64,000 nt of DNA, taken from a virus. The notes below the pieces were generated by a model that saw nothing but the letters and a program-made list of their open reading frames with translations, was not told the origin of the DNA and did no database searches. The DNA lies in IMG/VR virus record IMGVR_UViG_3300042691_019786; one strand, written 5' to 3'. Position numbers and translations under genes: made by a program. This document shows, one piece after another, positions 1 through 10,674 of this stretch. How positions within the stretch are numbered: the first letter of the stretch is position 1; every line of letters starts with the position of its first letter.

Positions 1-1055
1 ATATTGTTGGTATAGTGAATGATTGAGATTGATTTCGTTACATCATCCAACACGCTTTTACCTGGAGTATCACAAGCTTGGTTCGTTAATTGTATTGCGT
101 TAGCTGAAGAAATACAAGGTAAATTAAAATAAGGGTATTTGCTACCTAAATAACTATAAGAACCATATTTTGTATAATCTTCGTATAAGTTTGTTGTTGA
201 TAAACCAGTTACACCAGCCAACGTTTCACACCATACATTATTCATATTCCAAACTGGAACTTCTTCACAGTTAACTGGACATAACGAATCAAATGATAAT
301 GTGTTAGAATCCCAATATGCTGTTTGTGTTTCAGCGCCAAACGTATCATTAACTTCACCACCACCATAAACAAAAATTTGTGAATAACCACTAAAGTTAC
401 TTAAATTGAAGTTTGGTAATTGTCTATCTAAATTAACATAATAACCAGTAGTGGCTGCTGTCATACTTTGAATCTTATACCATAAGTTTTGTAATGGTTT
501 ATCGTTACTATTTGCTGTTAATGTACCACCAGAAAGTGTTCCTTTATAGTTACTATATTTAATCAATACATAATCACCAGTTGTTATACCAGTAGAATTA
601 ATGTAAAGTCTTGTTGTTCCACTAAATATAGAGCTACCTACTGCGCTAGGGTCATTAAACGAAGTATATTTTACATATGTCGAACCAGTTTTGGTTGTAA
701 AAGTACCACCACTATAATCAAAGAAACCTTTTGTGTCTGCTTGGTTGTTTACTACTGACCTAACAACACTAATAATTGAACTGTCAACAACTTGTAAAGG
801 GTCAGAAGTTGTTGAAGGTAGGATAAACGATTTTAAGTTAGGTTGTTTATCAAAAGGTCTAAAAATAACACTTGTTGCTGATAAAGTTACGTCTGTAGGA
901 TTTGCATCAACTATAGCTTCTCTACCATAATTTATTTCTGAGTCACCAATAGCCCAATAAGAAAAATTAAGTTTACCTAACGCTAATTGTGTTCTTCCTA
1001 TTTCAGTTAATTTGATTGAAACAAATGGACTTGTACTTTTTATAATATATGACAT
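1..1055 (-). CDS. Baseplate/tail-fibre-associated structural protein, 3'-truncated by the window edge
   Basis: Not in the ORF track. ATG at 1055 reads MSYIIKSTSPFVSIKLTEIGRTQLALGKLNFSYWAIGDSEINY. The LT..GR..LA.G....A.GD pattern resembles tail-collar/fibre N-termini. Appears open to the window edge. Confidence 0.7.
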   Translation of the reverse strand, partial: MSYIIKSTSPFVSIKLTEIGRTQLALGKLNFSYWAIGDSEINYGREAIVDANPTDVTLSATSVIFRPFDKQPNLKSFILPSTTSDPLQVVDSSIISVVRSVVNNQADTKGFFDYSGGTFTTKTGSTYVKYTSFNDPSAVGSSIFSGTTRLYINSTGITTGDYVLIKYSNYKGTLSGGTLTANSNDKPLQNLWYKIQSMTAATTGYYVNLDRQLPNFNLSNFSGYSQIFVYGGGEVNDTFGAETQTAYWDSNTLSFDSLCPVNCEEVPVWNMNNVWCETLAGVTGLSTTNLYEDYTKYGSYSYLGSKYPYFNLPCISSANAIQLTNQACDTPGKSVLDDVTKSISIIHYTNN

Positions 1056-1126
1056 ATTATTTTATATTTTGTTTTTTATTATATCTTTTTTTTATTTTAA
1101 TTATAAATATTCAATAGTAAATAATA

Positions 1127-2560
1127 TTAATACGAATTTACAGAATTAGTTGTTATTTTTATAGGAATGGTATCACTATAACTAATATTGTTTATTTCAT
1201 CACCACATAAAGTAGTGTATTTCTTATTATTTTTAACTCTATAGAAATATTGAGTTCCAACACTACCAGTAACGTTAAAACTATTTGTATATACATTTAC
1301 ATTTTCAATGTAATTTGTCGTTCCAGTAAAATAAAAAGAACTAAATGTATTGTCATAACCTACTTCTAATGTAAATTCACCATTGTTTGTTTGTGGTGCT
1401 GGGTCTATTGTCCAATTTACCGTTACTAAATTTGTGTTTATACCATTTGAAAATTGTATCAAAGGAAAATAAACCAATGTAATCATATCACCATCATATA
1501 TATCACCTTCTAAAATAATACGTTTTGGGTTAGTAGTTGATTTGTAATAATCAACATTATCAGCTAATGTAGCCCCGTTTATCATTACAATTATTTTTGA
1601 TAATGTATCTGGGTTAACAGATGTATAAACCTCATATTTATTTGTTGTTGTGTTATAATAATAGTTATTACTACCTTCACCGTTTGTAGGTCCGCTAGGT
1701 ATAGGTCCAACAACATCAATATAATCAATTGTTAATTGTGATGATTCTGTAGGTACATATATCAACGTTACTATATCATCAACAACAGTTGCTGCGCTTA
1801 ATGTGATTACATTTGCGCTGTATATGTAATCGTAATCTTTGGCTAAAGTTAAACCATTTAATGTTACAACAAAATCGCCACTTGGATTATTAGGTAATAA
1901 TATTTGAGTTGTATTAGGTTCTGGTAATATTACTGATTGGTATAATGAGTTAACTGGGATTCCTTGACCAGCTGTGAATAATGTAGGTGTTGCTGCTGAT
2001 GTCATTGCTAAGAAGTAATAATCAACATCACCATTGTAAATGCTATATTCATTTCCGAATAAATAAAATGATGTGTCTATTTTTTTACCTAACCTTCTTA
2101 AATAATCAGTGCATGCACTATATTCAAAAAATCCTTTAACTAAGTATTCACCGTCTAATGTTAGTCCACTAGTTGGTATATATTGTGTTGTTGTATTTGT
2201 CGCACTAAAAGCTGAATAACTAATAATGTTTGATGAAAATATCGGTGTCGTTGTAAACCCAGTAAAAACATCTTCGTATTTATATATTGAAAATTTAAAT
2301 GTAGCTTCTGTATCAATAAATGTTTGAGTGTTTGCTGTAAACCCAAATGATAATGGTATTGTTTGTGTTAAACTAGTAGTTACTATGTGAGTACCAGCAG
2401 ACATAGTTGTTCCAGTACAATCTATTTTTGTCGCACCAGTTATGTTGAATAAAGGTGATTGAAAAATACATATATCTGAACTCATGTTGACATTATTGTC
2501 TTTTTTGTTTCTACGCCCAGAATGTTGTGTTTGTGAATATATTCTTTCTTGGTATCTCAT
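1127..2560 (-). CDS. Virion structural protein with two Ig-like repeats and a C-terminal FN3-like domain
   Basis: 477 aa. Repeats VTLNGLTLAKDYDY..DIVTLIY and VMINGATLADNVDY..DMITLVY; C-terminal VNWT..YFYRVKN. Confidence 0.6.
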   Translation of the reverse strand: MRYQERIYSQTQHSGRRNKKDNNVNMSSDICIFQSPLFNITGATKIDCTGTTMSAGTHIVTTSLTQTIPLSFGFTANTQTFIDTEATFKFSIYKYEDVFTGFTTTPIFSSNIISYSAFSATNTTTQYIPTSGLTLDGEYLVKGFFEYSACTDYLRRLGKKIDTSFYLFGNEYSIYNGDVDYYFLAMTSAATPTLFTAGQGIPVNSLYQSVILPEPNTTQILLPNNPSGDFVVTLNGLTLAKDYDYIYSANVITLSAATVVDDIVTLIYVPTESSQLTIDYIDVVGPIPSGPTNGEGSNNYYYNTTTNKYEVYTSVNPDTLSKIIVMINGATLADNVDYYKSTTNPKRIILEGDIYDGDMITLVYFPLIQFSNGINTNLVTVNWTIDPAPQTNNGEFTLEVGYDNTFSSFYFTGTTNYIENVNVYTNSFNVTGSVGTQYFYRVKNNKKYTTLCGDEINNISYSDTIPIKITTNSVNSY

Positions 2561-2802
2561 TAGTAGCTTATTTCTATATCTTTAATTTCAACATCATATT
2601 GGTTTTTTAATCCATAAACAATAGGTGTATTAGCTCTACTAGTATATTCAATTCTAGAAAAGTCTTGTAAAAAAGCAGTTAATCCATACATGTTTATGTA
2701 ATCTTCAGTTTGAATATCACAAACAACATTTTTAACCAAATTAACAGAACCATTGTATTCAGTTACAACTTCTCCAACTATATTTTTTAATAATACCAAC
2801 AT
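2560..2802 (-). CDS. Hypothetical protein
   Basis: 80 aa. Its stop overlaps the next start; ATATTTAT motif immediately upstream. Confidence 0.6.
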   Translation of the reverse strand: MLVLLKNIVGEVVTEYNGSVNLVKNVVCDIQTEDYINMYGLTAFLQDFSRIEYTSRANTPIVYGLKNQYDVEIKDIEISY

Positions 2803-2832
2803 AACTATAAATATATTTAAATTTTAAATTTG

Positions 2833-3420
2833 TTAATTGTTAACAATTGATATTCCACCAGATGTTTGTGATGAGCTATTACTGTCTGTTACAGTACCTC
2901 TAAATTCAGAACCAATATCAATTCTTTTAATATATATACCGCAACATTTACTTGTTACTGGTTTTTCATCAGTTATTGTTGTAATTTCAGAACATGTGTT
3001 AAAATCATATGCTTGAACATCGCAATTTGTGTCTAATAAAAATACAATTTGTCTTTGTAACTCTTTGTTTTGGTTAAAAGCATCCATATAAGCATTCCAT
3101 TCAGTATAACCACATTGGTCAAAAGTACCATTTACCAAAGAACTTTCTAAATCAGCCAACGCTTGTCTTAATGGACCTATTGGTTCGTAATCTACAAACA
3201 CAAACCATTCATTGTACAAATCAATAATTTTATTTTTACAATCAGATGCTGGGAAATTAGCAATTTCTTCTAAATAATAATCGTTAAACGATTTACTATT
3301 ATAGTCAATAATTGACCTAAATGTAGTAAAAACATCTTCCCATTGTGATGGAGTTGTTTTTGTCATGTTTGCACCACAAACACCAGAGTTATAAAAATCT
3401 TCTAAATCAAATAAATACAT
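2833..3420 (-). CDS. Hypothetical structural protein (MYLFD family member)
   Basis: 195 aa. N-terminus MYLFDLEDF is shared with the two upstream genes. Confidence 0.65.
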   Translation of the reverse strand: MYLFDLEDFYNSGVCGANMTKTTPSQWEDVFTTFRSIIDYNSKSFNDYYLEEIANFPASDCKNKIIDLYNEWFVFVDYEPIGPLRQALADLESSLVNGTFDQCGYTEWNAYMDAFNQNKELQRQIVFLLDTNCDVQAYDFNTCSEITTITDEKPVTSKCCGIYIKRIDIGSEFRGTVTDSNSSSQTSGGISIVNN

Positions 3421-3447
3421 AAATTTATTATTAAATTAAATATAATT

Positions 3448-4179
3448 TTACCATATTGTATAATTTTCTCCATTGTTTGGTGAAAAATTCAAGTTATTAT
3501 CATAAGGTAGTTCATCAAATGTGTCACCATCTATTACTGCCATCATATTTTTAACACTACACATAAATTTTTTCATCAAATTATCATAATTATTAACTTT
3601 AACTTTTAAATCTGAAATTTCAAAACTAGTACCAAAATTAACAGTTTTAGTAATAGCGCTGGCTGAGCTAGTGTATGGGTTATATATACTTATATTTACT
3701 GTTGATACTCCAGTGTAAGAATCTTCATAAGTTATCATATAATCTAAAAATTCTTCATATGTTTTACCTACAAAATCTGGATAGTTAAGTGGTGGATTTG
3801 TAAAGGCATTATAGTAATATCTATTTAAATTAATTGTACCCATTAATTCATATTTTGACACTTGCCAATCACAATAATCATACATACAATTAACCCATAT
3901 TTCATTATATGTTGGTGTACATCCAGAATCTGGTCTATAATTTATTGGTGTAAAGCCGTCTATATATGCGTTACCACTAGCACTTGACGCTAAAAACCAT
4001 TCCGATAATGCTTTAAGGAAAGCGTCTCTAGTAGCATCAGCTGTAGTTCCATAATCAGCAAAATCATTTGGTTTAATAAATCCAGCACAACCAACACCTA
4101 CATAATTTCTACCAGTATTGTACCATGTTGTCTCATCTGAATTATATGTGTAATAATCGTATAAATCGAAAAAATACAT
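3448..4179 (-). CDS. Hypothetical structural protein (MYFFD family, paralog of 4208..4888)
   Basis: 243 aa. Shares MYFFD, TTAxATR, WF, TVNF and IDxDTF motifs with its neighbour. Confidence 0.7.
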   Translation of the reverse strand: MYFFDLYDYYTYNSDETTWYNTGRNYVGVGCAGFIKPNDFADYGTTADATRDAFLKALSEWFLASSASGNAYIDGFTPINYRPDSGCTPTYNEIWVNCMYDYCDWQVSKYELMGTINLNRYYYNAFTNPPLNYPDFVGKTYEEFLDYMITYEDSYTGVSTVNISIYNPYTSSASAITKTVNFGTSFEISDLKVKVNNYDNLMKKFMCSVKNMMAVIDGDTFDELPYDNNLNFSPNNGENYTIW

Positions 4180-4207
4180 AATTGTTTGTTTTTAAATAAA
4201 TATTATC

Positions 4208-4888
4208 TTATATTGTATACTCTTCAAAAGTATCGTTATCTATTGCCTTCATTAACGCTTTAAGGCTACCCATATATTTTCTTAATGAATTGTTTTGGTT
4301 ATAATAATATGAATCATTCCAATCATTATATTGTGGGTGTACTATTGTGAAATTAACAGTTGTACCACTATTTGTTGATGGGTCAGCTGAAAAACTACTA
4401 TATGTTGTTGACCCAGTATAAGGTACATTAGCTGATGAATAATAACTACTAGGGTCATTTAATGACCCAGATTTAGCATAACTAGACCATGCATCTTTAT
4501 AGCTTGTACAAGTAAAACCAATATTTACTTTATTATCAATACACGCACTTCTCCATTTTTTTTCAGTGAATGACACTTGATTAACGTATTTACGCCAATC
4601 TATATTATATTGTAACCAATTTGGTAATAACTGATTATAATAAATGTCTCTAGCTAAAGTATTTGTTGAATTACCAATATTAACTGTTGTTGCTGTAAAC
4701 CATTGATGAACCGCAAAAATGTGTGCAACTCTAGTCGCCCCAGCAGTAGTAACTAGGTCTTCAAATGATGAACCGTACATACCTCTACCACAATAGTTAA
4801 TACCACCACCACCTTTACCAGCTTTTGCGTCAGCGTCAAAGGCTGCTCTAGTTGTTGTTGCGTAATCTTCTATGTCAAAAAAATACAT
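4208..4888 (-). CDS. Hypothetical structural protein (MYFFD family, paralog of 3448..4179)
   Basis: 226 aa. Same shared motifs in the same order. Confidence 0.7.
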   Translation of the reverse strand: MYFFDIEDYATTTRAAFDADAKAGKGGGGINYCGRGMYGSSFEDLVTTAGATRVAHIFAVHQWFTATTVNIGNSTNTLARDIYYNQLLPNWLQYNIDWRKYVNQVSFTEKKWRSACIDNKVNIGFTCTSYKDAWSSYAKSGSLNDPSSYYSSANVPYTGSTTYSSFSADPSTNSGTTVNFTIVHPQYNDWNDSYYYNQNNSLRKYMGSLKALMKAIDNDTFEEYTI

Positions 4889-4904
4889 ATTTAAAAATTT
4901 TTAA

Positions 4905-7900
4905 TTAATATATTATTGTTGTTGCAGTAAAGCCAGATAATGTATGAGTACTTGCTGTTATTGAATATTTAGGTGGTAAATTAACACCGTTGGTTGCTAT
5001 TAACTCTGGTATTGTATTAACGGTGTAACCAGAAACATTGCTTAATTGCCAGTTTCTAGTCATATCACTAATAAAATATTCACTAGCCCATAACATTGGT
5101 TTTATCGATAAAACCATGTTTCTTTTTTTATCCATTGAATCTTGTTTTTGTAGTCTTCTTTGGATGAAAATTTGGTCTTCAATAAAATCATGTAATGCAG
5201 TGCTCCAACTGTTTAATATTGGGTCCCATGCGTAACCTACATGTGAAGTAGGTGTTCCAACCATAATTAAATCACCTTTACTAGCTGTTGTTGGTAATTC
5301 ACTAACCGTTGATACCGCACTTAAATATTTTACATCACTAACACCACTTAATAAACTACTTAATGGGACACCATGTGTTGGGTAATTAACTGTATTCCAT
5401 TCTGTATAAGCTGATGCTCTAGACCACCATGTATATTTAATACGTCTCATAGTGCCACTACTGTAATATTTACTAAGATTGGTAATAGGTTGTATTGGTT
5501 GATTATAATTAACTGATGGGAAATCTGATTTTTTAAACCCTAAATATAAACCATCAACTATATCGTTTATATTTTGTTCTTGTTCATTTACATAAGTTAT
5601 ATATTCTAAAGTTGTATCTCCAAAATCACCAGAACCGTTTGGTCCTTTATTTGGTCTTAATGTATCTATAGAAGAGAAATCACATGACGTTCCAGTATAA
5701 TATAATAAATCCATATCTGAACCGCTTGGCATGTTATTTAGACTATCCATTAAATCTAAATTCCTAAAGTTTATATACGGTTGTATTTCAGCATCATTAC
5801 AATTTGGTTCTTCTACATATTTAAATGGTCCACAGAATGAATCTAGTGTACATTCATATGGTTCAATTTTATATGGACATGGTAATACTGAACCTTTACT
5901 TTCAATAATTTCTTTACCAGTTACGATTGGCGCATTTTGTAAAACCCATTTTTTAATGGGGTGAAGTAATAAATAATTATTAGCCCATGTAAATGGTTTC
6001 ATTGCTAAGAATAATTCATTTTTAGCTTTTAAAAATGCGTTTTCTTTTTCTCTAGCTTCACCTAAAATATCATCATTGATATAAGTATATAATGTTGTTG
6101 ACCATTCATTTGTTCTTGGGTCCCATGCGTAACCTACATGTGAAGTAGGTGTTCCGACCATAATTAAATCACCAGCATTACCAACAGTTGGTAATTCAGC
6201 AGCAGTTTTAACAGATTTGATATATCTGACATCATCAGTGTATGCTGATAAAACAAACCCAATACCTCCATACCATGAAGAACTTGTTATCGCTTTAGGT
6301 CTTCGGTAACCTCTTACTTTTCTTGGTTTACCTTTATAGAAGAAATTATTAGGGAAACTAAATGATGTGCTAGTTGCTGTATATTTTAAGATTAAATTGA
6401 TATCTGGATAATGTTGGATTAAATCATCATTACAAAACCCTAATACATTTAATTCATTATATTCCAATGCTTGTCGTTGGAACGAATTAAATTGGGAACT
6501 AGCTATACCTAGTAAATCTAACGTAGCTTCTGTATCATGACTATCAATTACAGTTTGTAAAGAAGTGTAATCACATTCACCACATGTACTAGAAACAAAT
6601 GAACTTAATTCTTTATCCGTAGGCATTGTATATGGGTCATCCATAAAATCTATTAAAGTTATACTAAAATAATCGTTACAATTACCGCCTTCGCAACCAC
6701 CACAAGTTGAATAGAATTTTTGTATTTGGTCAAATACACAATCATTTAAGAAGTCCCATGATGTATTGCTTGGGTGTTCAAAACCATTTATACAAGTTTC
6801 TAAATTACCAGTCTTGTATTGGAATTTTTGTTGGTCAAATAATGTATTACCATAAATGATAGTATTACCCCATATTGTTGTCGATGGGATAACTTGTTCA
6901 ACAACATCAGTCCAATAATTACCGACCATGTCTGTTAAACTTCTCATTTTGTCATATGTATAAGCTAAACTTACGTTTGTCGTATACAAAGATGACTGTA
7001 AGTATTTGTCATAGAAAGCTCTTAACGTTGCGTATTTAGAAATTGTTTTTCTATTCTTAACGTCAATCATTTCAGTTGATACAATTTCTTTGAAATTAAC
7101 ATCACTTGGAATGTTTGTTAATTTAGTTGATGTTAATGAACTATAACTTATACAATCTGTTCCACAACCACACGAATCAGTTTTTACTATAGTAGTACCA
7201 GTTGCCGCTGAAATAACACTTCTGCCAATAGATGTACAAACTGGTGTTCCACCACTACAGTTATTTAGTGAATAACCATCTGGACATGAATAACCATTTG
7301 TCACACTCAATAAAAATTCACTACCAATCATTTGTTTAGTTGAGAAAATCAAACCAGTTGTTCCAGTTGACGTTGAAGCTGTTAGGTCTTCTAAACTGTT
7401 TGGGTCATAAATTTCAGCAACAAATGCTGCTTGGCTACCAGCATTATACCCTTCCATTTCAATAATTGTAGGACCAGAAGGGATGCTAATTGGGAATACA
7501 TGTAAATAATTAAAGTTTCTACCATCTGTAACTGTAAAACTAACAATTAATTCACCGTTTATTTTAAATCTAAGCCAGTTATCTGAAGCTAACCCTAAAT
7601 AATATGTTTTAGGTTCTGGAATGTCAATACAAACAGTAAAACCTATCCATTTAAATTCTGGATAGTTTGTACCCCCACCACTTGGATTTGGTAAATACGT
7701 ACCCCAAACACCAGCATCATTTAATCTACCATCGGAATAATTCATAGCATCATTCGCCCAAAATGTATTTCCAGAACTAACTGTTTTCTGTATTGGTATT
7801 GGCACACTGCTTGAATCCACAACAGTACCAGAAGGTAAAGTTATTGGGAAAGTATAATTATCAATGTTGCCATAAAATCTAGCACCTAAATTGTTATATG

Positions 7901-10661
7901 ATGTGAATTTTTGACCAGTATAAGCGGTAAACATTGTTCCACTGTATGTTGCAGCAATTGTTGATGATGAATAACAACTATCATTTGATGGTGATTGTGT
8001 ATACCCATTAGGACAACTAAATGTTACACTAGTTGAATTTACACATAATGCGCTATAAACGTTTAAAATATCATTATTATCGTTAACATAACACCACACA
8101 TCAGTTTCAATTGCTGATGCAATATTCATGTTTAAATCAATCTCTTTAGTGTTGATTACTAATCTTTCATCTAACACACCATAATCAGTGTTCCTAATAG
8201 TTGTACCACCAGTTGCATTTGAGATTACAAATTCTCTGTTAACATATGATGTGTTGCTATTCCATGACTTTTTATTATCAACTATTTTTGTTAAATTAAA
8301 ACCTGGAGATTTAGTCAATGTAACAGCACCTTCAGTACCGTTAACACATTCTTTGTTAAGTTTAATATCATCTAACATCACACAAATATCACTACATGTA
8401 TTATTTACTTTAAGTGATATTTTAATTTTTTTGTTAGCGATTGTTTCTAATATATTAGTGTCAGTAATTACTTCACTATATTTTAACCATTGTGATGAAA
8501 AAACTTTTGGTGATAATGAAGCTTTAAACGTTTCTATTTCAGTAAAATCATAACCAGACTGGTTGTATAAGCCTCTACCTAACATATCTTTAGTAAATCT
8601 ACATGAAGAAACGTTACAAACATCACCCATAGTTATTCTACCAGTACATTCAAATAAATAAAATCCTAATGGCGCTGATGGCCCATAAAACTCATCTTTT
8701 CTATAAATGATTGAATAACATTCATTAGCGTCAGCCCAAACCAATTCTTCTTGATTTGGTGTACCACAGATATAGAAACCACTACTATCTTGTTTTTCTA
8801 ATAGATAATCGTATAAGTTACCAGAACCTATGCTAGGGAATAATTCTTGTTCAAGTACCGTTGTTAATGAACCATCTGATTCAACTACATCTAAAACAAA
8901 ACTAACATCTAGTGTTTCTAAAGCATCAAGAATTGTTTTACATGATGTTTGTGTTACTGGTTGATTTAACAAAGATGTTAATTGAGCATTTAAACGTGCT
9001 ATTTCAGCATTACAGTTTGTTTGTTCTTTAACTTTAGCGTCAATTTGATTTTTAATATTTGTTTTAGTACCAAATGGTGTTGTACATTCAGTTAAATAAA
9101 TAGCACCATTTGTTTCTTGTAATTTGTATAATGTAGCAACTTGTTCACATGTATATGACGTTGGGTCACCGTTGATAAATTTTTGATAATTTACATAACC
9201 TATTATTCTATTCCATTCAGTTAAACCATCTGGTTCTGTAATACAAAATATTGTTTTAGTTGCTACATCATTAAATTCATAAAACGCAAAAGGTGATATG
9301 TTTGTTATGTCACCAAATCCAGTATTATTAAAATTGTTTGTTGAAACAATTCTAGTTGGTGTAATTGGGTTTACATAAGGTTTATTTGTGTAATTATACG
9401 TTGTGTTTCTAGTATAAGGGTCATTATACCAAATAATTCTTGGTTCCCAGTCTGGTAAATATGGTGAAGGTATATATCCAGTTTCAACATCTGGATAAGA
9501 TGGTGTTCTTGTTGTTGTTGTTGTTGTACCATTTGTAGTTGATGTACCACCAGCACCAGTTGTAGTTGTCGTAGTTGTTGGTGTTGTAGGTGCTTGAGCA
9601 CATAAAGGAAAAATAGATTTAGTAAATACATTACCTTTTGAATCTCTGATTGCAAACCAATTATCAATACCTAAATAACATGAAATTATATTATTATCTG
9701 TGTAGTTTACCCAACTAGTATTTGCTAAAGCAGCTGCTTGATTTTTATATGCAAATGTCCCTTGTATTTGATACGGTGGATATCCACCAGTAATATTAGA
9801 AATAGAAGCTGTTATACCTATTCTAGATGAATCATTACAATTATATGCTATATCAAAGTCTAATGGTATTACCGCAGTTCTAGGTGTTAAAAGTGAAGCA
9901 AAATTTGTACATTCTACTGAATAAGCTGTGTTTCTATACTTATTATTTAAAGTATCAATTTCTTGTGTGATTGCTTCACATTTAACTTGTTGTTGCGCTA
10001 TTTGTTGTCTTAAAATGTTTATCTCAGAAGTTGAATCTTCTTGACCATTCATTGCAATTTCACCTAATTTAGCACAATCATATTTAAATAAATAATCAAA
10101 TTCAATATTTAATACGCAATCAGTATCATCTTTACCAACATTAAAAATGCTACCATCATTTCCGTTAGGGTTAAGTACTATTTTAAAAGTTGTTGCACAT
10201 GAATCAGAAGGGGTAGCAATTGGTTTAACTCTACATGTTTGTGTATTATCATCCCAAAATGCTGTAGTTCCAGCTGGTAAATTAAAATAACTTTTACCAG
10301 TCATATCAACACTCAATTTTTCAATTGTAGGTACAATAAATTGAGTAAATTGTTTTTCACAACAATATTTACCTAAATAATTTGTTGAATAATTAAGAAT
10401 TTTTATTGAACCTCTAGTATATGACGGTTCAATAAAAATTTGAATCTCACCTTCTGGTGTTATATCGATTACTTCATGTTTAAATGTTAATCCATCATAG
10501 GTATTATTTGCTAAATAATAGTTATATTGTTGAGTAGTGAAATTTTCTGCTACATTTTTAAATAACGTATCACGATTAGCTCTACATGTAGAAACGCCAT
10601 CTTCTCTATCGTAACCTCTATATTGTAATATCGGTGATTCTAAACCAAATAAATACCCCAT
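4905..10661 (-). CDS. Giant Cys-rich baseplate/fibre-associated protein with coiled coils, Thr-rich linker, PA14-like domain and two C-terminal ~300 aa repeats
   Basis: 1918 aa. CPNGY and CPDGY flank a beta-rich domain (YYLGLASDNWLRFKINGE..IEMEGYN); GDLIMVGTPTSHVGYAWDP occurs twice. Confidence 0.65.
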   Translation of the reverse strand: MGYLFGLESPILQYRGYDREDGVSTCRANRDTLFKNVAENFTTQQYNYYLANNTYDGLTFKHEVIDITPEGEIQIFIEPSYTRGSIKILNYSTNYLGKYCCEKQFTQFIVPTIEKLSVDMTGKSYFNLPAGTTAFWDDNTQTCRVKPIATPSDSCATTFKIVLNPNGNDGSIFNVGKDDTDCVLNIEFDYLFKYDCAKLGEIAMNGQEDSTSEINILRQQIAQQQVKCEAITQEIDTLNNKYRNTAYSVECTNFASLLTPRTAVIPLDFDIAYNCNDSSRIGITASISNITGGYPPYQIQGTFAYKNQAAALANTSWVNYTDNNIISCYLGIDNWFAIRDSKGNVFTKSIFPLCAQAPTTPTTTTTTTGAGGTSTTNGTTTTTTRTPSYPDVETGYIPSPYLPDWEPRIIWYNDPYTRNTTYNYTNKPYVNPITPTRIVSTNNFNNTGFGDITNISPFAFYEFNDVATKTIFCITEPDGLTEWNRIIGYVNYQKFINGDPTSYTCEQVATLYKLQETNGAIYLTECTTPFGTKTNIKNQIDAKVKEQTNCNAEIARLNAQLTSLLNQPVTQTSCKTILDALETLDVSFVLDVVESDGSLTTVLEQELFPSIGSGNLYDYLLEKQDSSGFYICGTPNQEELVWADANECYSIIYRKDEFYGPSAPLGFYLFECTGRITMGDVCNVSSCRFTKDMLGRGLYNQSGYDFTEIETFKASLSPKVFSSQWLKYSEVITDTNILETIANKKIKISLKVNNTCSDICVMLDDIKLNKECVNGTEGAVTLTKSPGFNLTKIVDNKKSWNSNTSYVNREFVISNATGGTTIRNTDYGVLDERLVINTKEIDLNMNIASAIETDVWCYVNDNNDILNVYSALCVNSTSVTFSCPNGYTQSPSNDSCYSSSTIAATYSGTMFTAYTGQKFTSYNNLGARFYGNIDNYTFPITLPSGTVVDSSSVPIPIQKTVSSGNTFWANDAMNYSDGRLNDAGVWGTYLPNPSGGGTNYPEFKWIGFTVCIDIPEPKTYYLGLASDNWLRFKINGELIVSFTVTDGRNFNYLHVFPISIPSGPTIIEMEGYNAGSQAAFVAEIYDPNSLEDLTASTSTGTTGLIFSTKQMIGSEFLLSVTNGYSCPDGYSLNNCSGGTPVCTSIGRSVISAATGTTIVKTDSCGCGTDCISYSSLTSTKLTNIPSDVNFKEIVSTEMIDVKNRKTISKYATLRAFYDKYLQSSLYTTNVSLAYTYDKMRSLTDMVGNYWTDVVEQVIPSTTIWGNTIIYGNTLFDQQKFQYKTGNLETCINGFEHPSNTSWDFLNDCVFDQIQKFYSTCGGCEGGNCNDYFSITLIDFMDDPYTMPTDKELSSFVSSTCGECDYTSLQTVIDSHDTEATLDLLGIASSQFNSFQRQALEYNELNVLGFCNDDLIQHYPDINLILKYTATSTSFSFPNNFFYKGKPRKVRGYRRPKAITSSSWYGGIGFVLSAYTDDVRYIKSVKTAAELPTVGNAGDLIMVGTPTSHVGYAWDPRTNEWSTTLYTYINDDILGEAREKENAFLKAKNELFLAMKPFTWANNYLLLHPIKKWVLQNAPIVTGKEIIESKGSVLPCPYKIEPYECTLDSFCGPFKYVEEPNCNDAEIQPYINFRNLDLMDSLNNMPSGSDMDLLYYTGTSCDFSSIDTLRPNKGPNGSGDFGDTTLEYITYVNEQEQNINDIVDGLYLGFKKSDFPSVNYNQPIQPITNLSKYYSSGTMRRIKYTWWSRASAYTEWNTVNYPTHGVPLSSLLSGVSDVKYLSAVSTVSELPTTASKGDLIMVGTPTSHVGYAWDPILNSWSTALHDFIEDQIFIQRRLQKQDSMDKKRNMVLSIKPMLWASEYFISDMTRNWQLSNVSGYTVNTIPELIATNGVNLPPKYSITASTHTLSGFTATTIIY
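5219..6173. repeat. 58-bp near-identical direct repeat (5219-5276 and 6116-6173, one mismatch)
   Basis: ttgggtcccatgcgtaacctacatgtgaagtaggtgttcc(a/g)accataattaaatcacc, copies 897 bp apart and in frame. Confidence 0.95.
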
Positions 10662-10674
10662 ACCTTAATTAATT

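Noticed and set aside
5219-6173. Diversity-generating retroelement TR/VR pair
   Set aside because: Only 58 bp with a single mismatch, both copies in frame within one gene, and no reverse transcriptase in the window.
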